A DNA stretch of 56,189 nucleotides from an uncultured virus (IMG/VR IMGVR_UViG_3300027779_000014) (lineage: Duplodnaviria > Heunggongvirae > Uroviricota > Caudoviricetes), in IMG/VR virus record IMGVR_UViG_3300027779_000014. One strand, given 5' to 3'. The number at the start of each line of letters is the position of its first letter. Position 1 is the first letter of the stretch. The notes under the pieces were generated by a model. That model worked only from the letters and a program-made list of their open reading frames with translations. It searched no databases and was not told where the DNA came from. Shown here in pieces: positions 9,143-19,562 of this stretch. Both the position numbers and the translations under genes were made by a program.

Positions 9143-10381
9143 TTAGGTTGTAAGCGGCTTCGTCATTTGAAGATTGCTTAAACACCCTAGTATGAGTTTC
9201 TTGTATAAATCAGAGTTATCTGTAAACATTTGTTCAGAATACCAGTAATGTCCGAAAGAGTATTCCTCTATCATCCATAAGTCATGGTCTACTACTTGTT
9301 TCCATGTGTCGATAACATGGACTACTTTTCCTGCTGCATCGTAACATGCATAATAGTAGTAGTAGGCACTACACACAGGAAATAGCCAGGATATCCAATC
9401 TAATTGGAAAAACCCAAGACGGTTCATGTGTTTATTTTCTAGTGTATCGTTTCGCATATTATTCGATATTTGAGTCGGCATAATTAGATCGTCAGACAAA
9501 TGGCCGTGGATCTCTATATATTGCTCAAACACCTCCTCCCAATCTTTCAAGTCATATCGATATTTTTCGATATCCTCACTGGGAAACAAATGATTTAGGT
9601 CGTCATCTTCAGGATTTAACCATCCGATTTCATTAATGTAACCTTCCCATTCCCATCCCTCATTGCATGATTGGTAATGTTCCGCGAATGCCTCTTGGAA
9701 TGAACTATGCCATCCCATTTCTTTTGCATCTCTTGTGGATGGATATTCTGGTGGTGAGTAATTTCCATCACCATAGAGCATGTCCTTTACAGATAGTTTT
9801 CTAATATCTAATTTATCGTGTTTGTCGCCAAGATATCTTGTATCTTGGTCGGTCCAATGAACCTTCAAGTATTCATTTCTATCTTCGAAATACCCTGGGG
9901 TCGCTTCGTGTCTTTTCATAAACAAACTAGAACTAGGATTTAACATCACTAACATATTCCATTCTCCTACATCTTTCCCCTCGTATAAATTGTGAGGGAC
10001 ATATTTGTGAAGGTTTATCGAGTATTTCCGTAATTTTTCAATTTCGCTCAAGTCTGTCTCGTTTATATCTCGCCAATCATATGGCGGACTTTCATTTTGA
10101 ATCATCCATTTTTCGCTTCTCTCATCGTCTCTGTTTAGGATTATGATCATCTCTAAATCTAACTCTGTTGCGAGTTCGTCTAAGATAGTTTCACATTCCT
10201 GGAATTCAGGAATTATTGTGTAATTTATAATATGTCTTTTCTGACATGAACTACCTAATCCTATTGATTTAGCATAGTCATCTTTTAACACTTTACTACA
10301 ATCTGTGCAGTATTTGAAGTGAGATCCTATTGCTTTTGAGAACGCTTCCATATGGAGATTCTTAAATTCTTTCATTAACAT
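9143..10381 (-). CDS. acidic protein with N-terminal DUF6011-like zinc finger
   Basis: CTDCSKVLKDDYAKSIGLGSSC. Confidence 0.7.
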   Translation of the reverse strand: MLMKEFKNLHMEAFSKAIGSHFKYCTDCSKVLKDDYAKSIGLGSSCQKRHIINYTIIPEFQECETILDELATELDLEMIIILNRDDERSEKWMIQNESPPYDWRDINETDLSEIEKLRKYSINLHKYVPHNLYEGKDVGEWNMLVMLNPSSSLFMKRHEATPGYFEDRNEYLKVHWTDQDTRYLGDKHDKLDIRKLSVKDMLYGDGNYSPPEYPSTRDAKEMGWHSSFQEAFAEHYQSCNEGWEWEGYINEIGWLNPEDDDLNHLFPSEDIEKYRYDLKDWEEVFEQYIEIHGHLSDDLIMPTQISNNMRNDTLENKHMNRLGFFQLDWISWLFPVCSAYYYYYACYDAAGKVVHVIDTWKQVVDHDLWMIEEYSFGHYWYSEQMFTDNSDLYKKLILGCLSNLQMTKPLTT

Positions 10382-10673
10382 GGTCAGTTACTTCAGGCCA
10401 ATACCTTGTCATAGGTAAGGCACAGTGTTTACAATATCCGTGTCCATCTGCCATTACTTCTTCTCTCCACTTCTTCGCTTGTGGTTTGAATTTGTCCCAG
10501 CAAGAACATCTTTTTACTGTACTTTGGTTCATCATTTCTTCCTCCTCCTCAACTCCAACAATTTTTTCATTAATGTCGGATTAGTATGTGTTTCCATAGC
10601 GAGCCATGGATTCAATTTGTTTGGAATTTTAATCTTCATTCTCTCCCTCCTGCTGATTTCCTTGGCGTTACCG

Positions 10674-10934
10674 TCATTTGATAGTTTCCTTTTCGTGTTT
10701 AATGGTTTTTTCATCCCAATTGTCCCAAGATTCATTTGAATCTTCTGGATCTTCTTCTATCTTTTCAATCATATTAAGAGATGAAATGATATCCCATGCT
10801 TCTAATTCTTCCGGATGGAACATTAGTACATGCAACATTTCTCCTAAAATATCTATTTGTTTGGTTAGGTGTATTTGGTAGTAGATTTGAGCAATAATTA
10901 ATCCTACCATTGTACCTATAATGTATTCATACAT
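10674..10934 (-). CDS. small membrane-anchored protein
   Basis: Motif start; N-terminal hydrophobic helix. Confidence 0.7.
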   Translation of the reverse strand: MYEYIIGTMVGLIIAQIYYQIHLTKQIDILGEMLHVLMFHPEELEAWDIISSLNMIEKIEEDPEDSNESWDNWDEKTIKHEKETIK

Positions 10935-10948
10935 GGTCAGTGGAAATT

Positions 10949-11725
10949 CTAGTTCCCATTTAATCTCGGAGCTAAGATGAATCTAATCTCTGCTCCATCT
11001 CTTAGAGTCCAATAAGCGTCTAAAGGCATCCTATTTCCTATATTCATAGTTATCTTCTCAACTTTGGCGGCATTTACATGTCCCGCTAGTCTTTTAATCT
11101 GATTTAAGTCTAAAATTGTTGATGGGAAATTATCCTTGCTTCCAAATGTTTTGCCATGTTTCCATTCGTATTCCCAAACTTCCTTTTGAGCCAAATCTGC
11201 GGCTTTAATTATCAATGATTCATCATTTACAATGAACTCAGCAAGATTGGTTTTACGACCAATCCCATTTATGGCTTCCTTGAACCATTTTACAGGTGCT
11301 TCGACTTCCATCATTTTCAATCCTGAAAAATCTGGTAATTTTGGGCCCTGCGATGGGTTCTCATATGGCTTAATATTTGTTTTTTGATAATCCGTATGAA
11401 TATGGAGCCCTAAATCGTCGTATTTTAATACGACTAAGTCATTGAGCCCTACTGTCTTCATAGAGTGAATTATATCATTTCCATCTGCAATTGTAAACCT
11501 GTTCCAGTCGTCCATAGCGTATTGTTCGAATGCGCTATTAGGCCAAAACAAAGTCATCATAGATGTGTGTTGTCCATTGACAACCTCAACTCTTATTCCG
11601 TCTTCTTTAACTTGGAGTGTGATTTCTTCATTTAATGAAGTTAAATGCTTAAACACATTTTCCACTTGTCTCCTAGTTGCTTTAATTTCCCAGAGTATCT
11701 CTGGTGTATTTTTTTGTATTGTCAT
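10949..11725 (-). CDS. pcn: PCNA-like DNA sliding clamp
   Basis: 258 aa; EEITLQVKEDGIRVEVVNGQHTSMMTL and C-terminal IRFILAPR typical of PCNA. Confidence 0.85.
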   Translation of the reverse strand: MTIQKNTPEILWEIKATRRQVENVFKHLTSLNEEITLQVKEDGIRVEVVNGQHTSMMTLFWPNSAFEQYAMDDWNRFTIADGNDIIHSMKTVGLNDLVVLKYDDLGLHIHTDYQKTNIKPYENPSQGPKLPDFSGLKMMEVEAPVKWFKEAINGIGRKTNLAEFIVNDESLIIKAADLAQKEVWEYEWKHGKTFGSKDNFPSTILDLNQIKRLAGHVNAAKVEKITMNIGNRMPLDAYWTLRDGAEIRFILAPRLNGN

Positions 11726-11732
11726 GGTCAGT

Positions 11733-12830
11733 TCACTCGTTTTCTGTATCTTTCAATATTTTACGGGCGATGTGCTCTTTGATTGTTTTTCTAATCGTTC
11801 CTTTAGCGTGTGGCTGTTTTCCTTCATTCGGATATCTGATCTGAATTAGGGTTGCCTGGCCGTGTTTGTTGTGGTCTGAACATTCAGGATGTTCGCAATA
11901 ACCAGTAGCGTAGGGCTGCCGGTGATGGCCTGCGAAGCAACCTCCTCCTTTGTTCAAAGGTTTGCCTGCTTCATGCCATAATGCGTGTTTATCTTGTTTA
12001 TAGAAGCCTTGTTCTATTGTTAGAGCTTCTATTAATCCCTTGCTAAATCCACCTTCTGCTTCAATTAGCCTATCCACTTCCCATTCTTTTGAGAATGGGC
12101 ACCACATACAGGAACTTTTCTGAACTTGTGTTCCATCACCCCGATAGTCCCAACCAAGGTGGCTGAGGATATCAAGAAGGTCTACTCGATTCATTTTGAG
12201 TGCCATTAGCGGGTAGTGGTACTCGTGACCGAGTATTTTCTTACCTTTACTGTCAGATTTCTTACGGTTTGCTGTGAAACGATCTGAACGGCCTTCTTCT
12301 TCGGCTTCTATACCTAAATACCAATTTTTTGTGCATGTTTCATGTGTTCCAAATGTTTCATCGGCCCACTTTTGCATAACTTCTCCCTTGAATCTCATAC
12401 TGCAGACATGTCCGCCTCCAGGCATAAGTGGGAATGCGCGGCTATCTCTAAGCCACTCAAAAATTGTATAGGGTTCTTTTCGTTTCTCATAGTCTTCTCG
12501 TTCCGATTCGGGAAGGAGAAGCCATTCTTTTCGCCGTAAAGCATCTCCCGTTACATTGTGAAAGTAACGGTTGTAGTGATGCCTGACTACTGCTAGTTCT
12601 ACGCCTTTTTCGGCGCATCTTTTCTTAGCGTACTCAATATTTTCATATGTTTCCGGCCATTCGCTACCTGGATCGGAGAATACTGCCGCAGCAAAGGGAG
12701 GGAATGCTTCATCGAGTTGTATTCGACTGATTCCCAAATATGCTGCTGCCTTATCTCTTTCTAGGTGCATTGCCAGTAGTGCGGAAGAATCCACACCGCC
12801 GCCAAAGGCCAGTAAGTTTATTTCGTTCAT
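11733..12830 (-). CDS. PAPS-reductase-like adenine nucleotide alpha-hydrolase family protein
   Basis: AFGGGVDSSA PP-loop, FSDPGSEWPETY, KSSCMWCPF. Confidence 0.75.
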   Translation of the reverse strand: MNEINLLAFGGGVDSSALLAMHLERDKAAAYLGISRIQLDEAFPPFAAAVFSDPGSEWPETYENIEYAKKRCAEKGVELAVVRHHYNRYFHNVTGDALRRKEWLLLPESEREDYEKRKEPYTIFEWLRDSRAFPLMPGGGHVCSMRFKGEVMQKWADETFGTHETCTKNWYLGIEAEEEGRSDRFTANRKKSDSKGKKILGHEYHYPLMALKMNRVDLLDILSHLGWDYRGDGTQVQKSSCMWCPFSKEWEVDRLIEAEGGFSKGLIEALTIEQGFYKQDKHALWHEAGKPLNKGGGCFAGHHRQPYATGYCEHPECSDHNKHGQATLIQIRYPNEGKQPHAKGTIRKTIKEHIARKILKDTENE

Positions 12831-12838
12831 GGTCAGTT

Positions 12839-13432
12839 TTACCTTTGATATAGGTATGTGGCATCATTTACTTCGACTTTTTGGTAATTATACATTTGAT
12901 TTTGTGCATAATGCTCCCAGTCGATGTATGATTCCCAAATATCGCCATCTTTGATGTCTCCTAGCATGTAGGCTTCTTCCATAAAGTGGTCCTTGAGGGA
13001 TAGATCCCCTACATGGTAGAGGTCTTCTGCGATTTCTCTGGCTTTTTCACACATTTCTGCTACACTGTGTTCGCCAACATTATAATTGTCGTGATATATC
13101 TTGTAGGCAGCAATGTAGAGTTCTTCTTCATCGTCGTCTCTCTCGATATTTTTCATCATAGCTACCAGTTTTGAAATGCTTGGATTTTCTCCAAGATTCA
13201 TCGAAGAGATAGCACCATCATAGTCTGCTATGTGCCATTCTTCGTGTATTACTGGAAATACTCTGTCTCCTATTTTCATAGTGGGTTCAGCCTTACAAAC
13301 AACTTTTGTCAAGCCATCGTAACCTTTGCTGTACGCCTCTTCTATCTTTTCTGCGTTCATCCACTTGAATGCTAACACTCCTTCGTTGTAGCACCCAAGA
13401 CATTGAACACAGGCTCTTTGTTCATTAGTCAT
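12839..13432 (-). CDS. ardA: ArdA-like antirestriction protein
   Basis: CLGCYNEGVLAFKW, EEWHIADYD, YIDWEHYA; acidic. Confidence 0.65.
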   Translation of the reverse strand: MTNEQRACVQCLGCYNEGVLAFKWMNAEKIEEAYSKGYDGLTKVVCKAEPTMKIGDRVFPVIHEEWHIADYDGAISSMNLGENPSISKLVAMMKNIERDDDEEELYIAAYKIYHDNYNVGEHSVAEMCEKAREIAEDLYHVGDLSLKDHFMEEAYMLGDIKDGDIWESYIDWEHYAQNQMYNYQKVEVNDATYLYQR

Positions 13433-13440
13433 GGTCAGTG

Positions 13441-13656
13441 TTAATCTAGTTTAAGATTTTCAAGGTTAATATCGATTTGTTCTCCAGCAAAGGATCCCAC
13501 TAATGGTTTCACTAATGCTTCAAATGAGCCACATCTAATGACTCTACAAACCGTATTCCTTTGTAATGCACCTTGACTTTCCCTTATTCTAACTATTACG
13601 CCAGATTGAAAGGGAGGTGGTGCTACTGGTCTTTTCCTTGTCTTAAGGCCGACCAT
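13441..13656 (-). CDS. small SH3/KOW-like hypothetical protein
   Basis: GGTGA SD; TAATG overlap with upstream stop. Confidence 0.6.
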   Translation of the reverse strand: MVGLKTRKRPVAPPPFQSGVIVRIRESQGALQRNTVCRVIRCGSFEALVKPLVGSFAGEQIDINLENLKLD

Positions 13657-13868
13657 TACTCTTTCACCTCGATTCTATCATCGATAGTTAATTTGCCGCC
13701 GTCAATCGTGCGGTCAAGAGTAGCATTATCTTTTGCTACTTCTACGGCAAACTCTTCGTTAGATAAATCTTGATCTATCCACTCGTATTCTTTTCTTAAT
13801 TTTTTAGTTACTTCTACTATTTCATCCCAATATACTGTTTGGGACATTAATATTCTGTATTGTGTCAT
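13656..13868 (-). CDS. hypothetical protein
   Basis: Motif-started ORF. Confidence 0.7.
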   Translation of the reverse strand: MTQYRILMSQTVYWDEIVEVTKKLRKEYEWIDQDLSNEEFAVEVAKDNATLDRTIDGGKLTIDDRIEVKE

Positions 13869-13875
13869 GGTCAGT

Positions 13876-14121
13876 TTAGATTGTGTAAATACAATTCATT
13901 TTTATCGGATGCTTTCTTGTTTTACCCGAATTGGTTTTGGGTTTTCCAACCATTGTTACTTGGAAGGCGAACTCTGTGCCGCCTCCGAATGTATTTCGCT
14001 TAATTTGCTTTAAGGTAAGAATTTCCCATTTACATCTGGATTTGGCGTGTTGGTGCCAAGCAGGGAATACTCCCTCTTTCTTTAATTGATTACCAGTATA
14101 TTTTTGTCCAATCTTAATCAT
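13876..14121 (-). CDS. basic hypothetical protein
   Basis: Motif-started ORF. Confidence 0.7.
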   Translation of the reverse strand: MIKIGQKYTGNQLKKEGVFPAWHQHAKSRCKWEILTLKQIKRNTFGGGTEFAFQVTMVGKPKTNSGKTRKHPIKMNCIYTI

Positions 14122-14130
14122 GGTCAGTAT

Positions 14131-14565
14131 CTACTCATCTTCTTCGGGGATCTTAGCATTAGAACGCTGGAGTTTTCCAGAATCCAATAACTTCTCCGCT
14201 TCGCTCATTTTCATGCCTTTTACAGTATGTCTTGGTACTCGAGACTCATCCTTTGCGGATTGAATCGTGTGGCGTAGCTTCATGTCTGGATCTGCTTTCC
14301 AGTTTTCTTTTCTCTTTTGTTGATCCCTTTCCACTCTAAGAGAGTGTTCGAGTGTTCCTGGTACATATTTCCGGCGAGCGTTCTTCTCTCTTTGCTTTTT
14401 TCGAGATTCTTCGTTCACCCAATAATGTACCATGCCTCTTGAGAGAGGGATTTCTTCGACAAGCAATTTCCAAATGGCTGCTTGACTCATTCCCCTTTCA
14501 CTAAGTTCTTGCATTCTTTTCACATCGTCTGCTGTGACTTTGTATCTTTGGTCTTTTGCTGGCAT
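14131..14565 (-). CDS. HTH-containing protein
   Basis: Motif start at 14565; GMSQAAIWK...LSRGMVHYW. Confidence 0.65.
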   Translation of the reverse strand: MPAKDQRYKVTADDVKRMQELSERGMSQAAIWKLLVEEIPLSRGMVHYWVNEESRKKQREKNARRKYVPGTLEHSLRVERDQQKRKENWKADPDMKLRHTIQSAKDESRVPRHTVKGMKMSEAEKLLDSGKLQRSNAKIPEEDE

Positions 14566-14572
14566 GGTCAGT

Positions 14573-15052
14573 TCATTCTTCTGCAGGTTCATACTCTGCT
14601 TTGAATGTAGATAGATCTTGCACGCTTTTACCATCCCAATACTTTCCAGTAATTTTGAATTGTATATCTTCAACTTTGAAGTGTTCTGGGAGTTCCTGTA
14701 AAACTACAAGGGCGTGTAAAGCCATGTTTTCGTTGATGGCTATTTGCCAAATCTTGTTTCTATACATTATTATCGTATCGTAACTTTCGTGAATACTATC
14801 TTCACGATATGGTAGTCTATCGGTGCTTGTGAAATGCATACTATTGAATGTTCCATTCCAGCCATAATATAAGACTAGGAATTTTTCTTCTGTATCTATT
14901 TCATCATTACCGAATTGCCAGGGAATCAACTCATCGTATTCTTCCCCATACCAACTCCATTCGTTGGTTTCATAATATTCTTCACTATATCCTGTTCTTG
15001 GAGGATAATATTTGTCAAGAAGTTCTTCTTCTTGTTTGTTGAATTTAGTCAT
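14573..15052 (-). CDS. hypothetical protein
   Basis: Motif start at 15052. Confidence 0.75.
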   Translation of the reverse strand: MTKFNKQEEELLDKYYPPRTGYSEEYYETNEWSWYGEEYDELIPWQFGNDEIDTEEKFLVLYYGWNGTFNSMHFTSTDRLPYREDSIHESYDTIIMYRNKIWQIAINENMALHALVVLQELPEHFKVEDIQFKITGKYWDGKSVQDLSTFKAEYEPAEE

Positions 15053-15060
15053 GGTCAGTC

Positions 15061-15366
15061 TCAATCCTCGACATAGCACAGATTTAACTCTGGCTGCCTG
15101 TCATCAGTTTTGTTATTATTGAACACTAGGATTTTGGATCCACCAGGGATCACTATATCTTCATCCGATTTTGTTCTTCCTTCATATGCAACTTTCGAAC
15201 TTCTTTCGTTGGGCCATAGCCCAGAAATTCCAACAATTGCTTCTTTTTTATTTTTCGTGAGTTCTGCTGTCGCTTTGATTACAGTACCAATATCCAAGTC
15301 CCCGTGTGAGTCGTTGAATTCTCCTGCCTCAATTCGATTTTGAATCTCGTCTTCAATAGATGTCAT
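15061..15366 (-). CDS. hypothetical protein, possible OB-fold ssDNA-binding (DUF736-like)
   Basis: GLW...LVFNNNKTDDRQPE pattern. Confidence 0.5.
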   Translation of the reverse strand: MTSIEDEIQNRIEAGEFNDSHGDLDIGTVIKATAELTKNKKEAIVGISGLWPNERSSKVAYEGRTKSDEDIVIPGGSKILVFNNNKTDDRQPELNLCYVED

Positions 15367-15373
15367 GGTCAGT

Positions 15374-15961
15374 TCAGGCGTTGCCTGTTGTTTGTAGGTT
15401 TCGTAACCTCCAGACTGCGGCAGTACCTTTTGGCTCTACGCCAATGGCGCGATGCCTTGCTTTGGAAGAAGCAGTTGGCCTCTTCTCATTGGTCTTGATT
15501 ATGTAATCTGCTTTGTCAAGAATGCCTCGTATGCTCCTTGTTCGATTTGCCCAACCTTTACGGAGGGTTTCTTTGGAGACAGTCGGTTTAGCCCTAAAAT
15601 CGTAGGCTTGCGCGTGAACGCAGCGGTCTGCTAGTTCTTCATCGGTTAATCCTTTCATGCCAGCATCTTCGAATGCTTTCATTACGAATTGATAGTGTTT
15701 GTTGTTGTCTATCTTTTCACCGATACTAGCTTGTTTTGCTGTTATCATTTCTTGTTGTTCGATTCTTAATCTTTCTAAGAGTTCGATGTTTGTTGGATGA
15801 TTACTTAGGTTCTCTAGGCTGATTTGCCACGGCCCCCAAATATCTCTCAATTCTCTTTTCCCTAAGACGGATAAGAGATCGTACTCTGTGCTTGTTAATT
15901 CGATAGTCAGGGCTAAAACCCCATCTTTGTCTATCAGTTTCATTGTACCTGGTATTGGCAT
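15374..15961 (-). CDS. putative winged-helix protein
   Basis: GLTDEELA...RPTASS...AAVWRL. Confidence 0.65.
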   Translation of the reverse strand: MPIPGTMKLIDKDGVLALTIELTSTEYDLLSVLGKRELRDIWGPWQISLENLSNHPTNIELLERLRIEQQEMITAKQASIGEKIDNNKHYQFVMKAFEDAGMKGLTDEELADRCVHAQAYDFRAKPTVSKETLRKGWANRTRSIRGILDKADYIIKTNEKRPTASSKARHRAIGVEPKGTAAVWRLRNLQTTGNA

Positions 15962-15967
15962 GGTCAG

Positions 15968-16150
15968 TTATTCGTCTTTGAGGAGGCTTGTAATCCTATC
16001 TCTCAAGGTTTTCTTTTTGGGAAAAAGAAGATCTGTCACGCTGATTGGTTCTTTCCAATCGAGGCCTGCACCACATACGGGTCCAAATCCTCTTTTTCGT
16101 GAAGTTTCATCTTTTAATTTTTTTCCACATTTTCTGCAATGGCTTTCCAT
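15968..16150 (-). CDS. DUF6011-like zinc-finger protein
   Basis: CRKCGKKLKDETSRKRGFGPVC. Confidence 0.8.
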   Translation of the reverse strand: MESHCRKCGKKLKDETSRKRGFGPVCGAGLDWKEPISVTDLLFPKKKTLRDRITSLLKDE

Positions 16151-16257
16151 GGTCAGTGCGAACTATCAAATGACAGTTACGCTTCCGTGTTTCATGCCAA
16201 CCGAAAATAATTCCGGTGGTATTTTTTTCCGATTCAAACTTAGTAGCGTTAATCAGA

Positions 16258-17628
16258 CTACTCTTTCTCAACATTGTGAGAATTCATCTCTCTGAGTAAT
16301 GTATCAGTAATTAAGGGGATAGCTTTACTCCTACTACCCCAAAACATCTCGCCGCATTCTTCTATAAAAAGTTTGAAGGCTAATCCTTCATCAGTATGTT
16401 CTCCGTGGAGTTCATACGCCGCTTTATACGGGTTTTCAGAAGACAACTTATATCCTTGATTGAGAACACACATTCCGTAGACGGGATTAATCTCTCCTTC
16501 TACTCGTAGTGCTCCTTCTGCCTTCGCTTCGTAATAATCTTCAATACTGTGTCCTAAGAACCAATTTGGTTGATCTGCATAAGCAGCCCTCGTTACTTCA
16601 CTAAACATTTTAATGAATGTATCTGCTGCCCAATCCCCACCAACCTCATAGATTAGCAGGTATAAATTATGTCCCAATTGCCCTTGTAAAGAAGGGTCGC
16701 CGCTTAGGTTGGATATTGAATCATAAAAACTCTGATACATAGGGTTATCATACTCCCCATTTCTAAGTGTTTTTCCTTCGAAAGAACCCTGGAACATAAT
16801 TGTCCAGTCTGGTTCTTCAATAATTTGATGCGTTTTTGTTAAACAATCATCTGAAGTCCATTCGCTTTCGTCTAAGTCTGTATTCCATATTATTCCCCAT
16901 TTGGAGCCAAAATTTCTTAGGGCATCTAAATCAATCTCCTGAACTATCGGTTCATCTGCAATTAATTTTTGATAATAGGGTGGAGAATCTATCGGATAGT
17001 ATATTTCATCCGATTGGATATCTCTCTCGTCGGTTTCAAAATATCCTTTGCTGTGATGCACTAAGTCAAACTTTTCCAATAATAATAATATATCATTATC
17101 ATCAATACGCTCTGACTTTATTGCGACCACTTTCATTGAGAATTTTTTGAAACATGTGTTTCCAATGCCCCTTTCTCTTGAGGGAGCATCAGTTAATTCT
17201 TTATTACATAGTTTGCAGAACATTTGTTCTAGCTTCTCCGTAATAGGCAAATCATCTCCGTCCATGAAGTTTAAGCATTTACACGCTTCTTCCCATGTTT
17301 TATAGTTTTCACCCTCATTTCTGAATTGTGAAATTCCTGTTGCTTGGCAGGATACTTCATAGCACCCGCAGTTGCACATCTCTCCATCTTCAAGTAATTC
17401 ACATCCGCATATTTCCATTTCGTCACCTGATGGGTGTTCATAGAATTCTTCGCAGAAATACATCCCACATACGCCCTCACTATAGTCGTGAGGTATGTCG
17501 TGGTTGTGCTTTACTTTCAAAAGAGATCCACATTCGTCACATTCATTTATTGTTTCCACTTCTGGGAAACTATGTTCAGAGGATGGTTCTTTGCCATTTC
17601 TTTCTTGAATTGAATTGTTTTCATTCAT
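16258..17628 (-). CDS. Cys-rich protein with DUF6011-like finger
   Basis: CKLCNKELTDAPSRERGIGNTC; variant motif ACTGACCATAATG. Confidence 0.75.
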   Translation of the reverse strand: MNENNSIQERNGKEPSSEHSFPEVETINECDECGSLLKVKHNHDIPHDYSEGVCGMYFCEEFYEHPSGDEMEICGCELLEDGEMCNCGCYEVSCQATGISQFRNEGENYKTWEEACKCLNFMDGDDLPITEKLEQMFCKLCNKELTDAPSRERGIGNTCFKKFSMKVVAIKSERIDDNDILLLLEKFDLVHHSKGYFETDERDIQSDEIYYPIDSPPYYQKLIADEPIVQEIDLDALRNFGSKWGIIWNTDLDESEWTSDDCLTKTHQIIEEPDWTIMFQGSFEGKTLRNGEYDNPMYQSFYDSISNLSGDPSLQGQLGHNLYLLIYEVGGDWAADTFIKMFSEVTRAAYADQPNWFLGHSIEDYYEAKAEGALRVEGEINPVYGMCVLNQGYKLSSENPYKAAYELHGEHTDEGLAFKLFIEECGEMFWGSRSKAIPLITDTLLREMNSHNVEKE

Positions 17629-17640
17629 TATGGTCAGTGC

Positions 17641-18465
17641 CTATTCAAGTTTCTCGAACAGGGCTGAAATTTGTCTTATACCATTTGTATCGATTTCGCT
17701 ATGAAGCGACATCAACATAGTATCTAACAGATCTCTTTTGCTGGTAATTAGTTTCTTGTTGTGTAAATTAATCAGAACATTAGGGAGGCCAATTAAGCCT
17801 TCACTTGTTTCTGACATGGTTACCATTTCGAGATACCAAGTCCAGTTTAGTAATCCAGTACCAATTTGGTATGGTAGTAGTGAATCTGCAATTTCAAACA
17901 CCTCTGTAAGATCTGTTTCTTCCACTACGGGTTCTTCCACTACGGTTTCTTCCACTACGGTTTCTTCCACTACGAGTTCTTCCACTACGGTTTCTTCCAC
18001 TACGGTTTCTTCCACTACGGTTTCTTCCACTACGGGTTCTTCCACTACGGTTTCTTCCACTACGGTTTCTTCCACTACGGTTTCTTCCACTACGGTTTCT
18101 TCCACTAATGCTTTTTCATAAATCTTTAGGTTTTCACCCTCATTCTGTTGATTAAGTTCTTCAAGGGGAAAGATTTCTTTTGGGTTCCAATGAAATGAAT
18201 AGAGTTTTTCTATTCCATGCTCTTCCATAATATCGTTTTTTAGATGGTCCATAATTTCTCCCCATGCTTCCTTTATCTTTTCATCAAGTTTTTCAGGTTT
18301 AATTGTGCTACTTTGTGTAAGTAATTCCAATGTGCGATCTATGAGGCCCTTTTTTAGACCCTCTTCAATATCGCACCCATATTCTTCCAATGCGTGTAGC
18401 ATACGGAAGTACGGCCTTAATTCTTTTATCATTGCCAATTGCTTGGCATTGCGTTCTGTAGTCAT
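17641..18465 (-). CDS. acidic protein with (VVEET)n repeat
   Basis: Motif start; 13 pentapeptide repeats. Confidence 0.8.
   Translation of the reverse strand: MTTERNAKQLAMIKELRPYFRMLHALEEYGCDIEEGLKKGLIDRTLELLTQSSTIKPEKLDEKIKEAWGEIMDHLKNDIMEEHGIEKLYSFHWNPKEIFPLEELNQQNEGENLKIYEKALVEETVVEETVVEETVVEETVVEEPVVEETVVEETVVEETVVEELVVEETVVEETVVEEPVVEETDLTEVFEIADSLLPYQIGTGLLNWTWYLEMVTMSETSEGLIGLPNVLINLHNKKLITSKRDLLDTMLMSLHSEIDTNGIRQISALFEKLE
17915..18107. repeat. 15-bp coding tandem repeat, ~13 copies
   Basis: gtttcttccactacg unit. Confidence 0.95.
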
Positions 18466-18474
18466 GGTCAGTAA

Positions 18475-19551
18475 TCACAAGAAGTGAAGTCTTTTCCTCC
18501 AGTTTGAATCTGTTTCGGCCATATTGAGAGCTAACTCAAGTGTCCGTATATCGAACTGGGTTCGTGTCAGGCTTTCTGTCCCTGCGATTTTGTTCAATTC
18601 TAGATCTTCCTCATGTTGCGTTTTGAGGGCGTTTAGGACTTCTTCTTTGATGAATATGTCCATGTGAGGTTTAATTTGTTCTAGAATATTTCTCATGTGC
18701 TCTATTTTCTCCGATTCTGTTAGGAAAAGTGGAACTGTTATGCTTCTGCTTAGATATGCTTCATCAAAGAAACTTTCAGGCAAGTTTGTTATTACAATTA
18801 ATCTGCCTTGAAACCCAAACATTGTTGGGATTTTATTATCCTTGCTTCCTTGCTGCTTTAGGAACTTTTCTGCTTCATCGGGGCTGCCGACTAACTTCAT
18901 GTTAGAACCTTTAGTAGTTGAGGATACAGTTCTCACCGAGTAAGTGTCGGTCATGGCTTTCACCAATTCCCACATATCCTTACCTGTAGTCCCTTTTGCG
19001 AAATTAACATCGTCTAGTATAATTATATTTCCTGGGTGTCGGTATCTTAGTGCTGTTTCGTATAAAGCGGATGGTGTACATTTGCTTGTGAGTAAAGTCC
19101 AATCTTTTCCCTCAATCAGATTGTGTTGTTTAAGGGCCGTCTTGACTGTGTGAGTTTTGCCTATTCCTGCAGTTCCATAAAGGACTACTGAGGTTAGGTT
19201 TCCCTTACACACATCTTGAACGGTTTCGTGCATGTCGTTGAAACGATCTTTTACACTTTTTTCTAGGACTTTCACAGTTCTGATTCCGAATTGTTCTTTC
19301 GGTTTCTTATGTGAGGCGAATATTTGCATCGCCGAACCCATAGCTTTTCTACGGCTTTCCGCCTTTGCGTTGAACAAAGGTGTATGTTTCGGTGTATGAG
19401 AGATTTTACTGTTAGTTCGATCCCTCGGGCCGTCGTCGTTCATTACTTCGGTTTCTTTTGACTTCGTGCCTGCCGTTTTTGTTGCAGATTCCCATAGGGC
19501 TTCTGCACCCACTTCATTTTGTTTTTTCTTTCTGAAAAATGGTATTTTCAT
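18475..19551 (-). CDS. P-loop AAA+/SF3-like ATPase
   Basis: Walker A GTAGIGKT, Walker B IIILDD, IVITN, LSRS. Confidence 0.85.
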   Translation of the reverse strand: MKIPFFRKKKQNEVGAEALWESATKTAGTKSKETEVMNDDGPRDRTNSKISHTPKHTPLFNAKAESRRKAMGSAMQIFASHKKPKEQFGIRTVKVLEKSVKDRFNDMHETVQDVCKGNLTSVVLYGTAGIGKTHTVKTALKQHNLIEGKDWTLLTSKCTPSALYETALRYRHPGNIIILDDVNFAKGTTGKDMWELVKAMTDTYSVRTVSSTTKGSNMKLVGSPDEAEKFLKQQGSKDNKIPTMFGFQGRLIVITNLPESFFDEAYLSRSITVPLFLTESEKIEHMRNILEQIKPHMDIFIKEEVLNALKTQHEEDLELNKIAGTESLTRTQFDIRTLELALNMAETDSNWRKRLHFL

Positions 19552-19562
19552 GGTCAGTGAGT

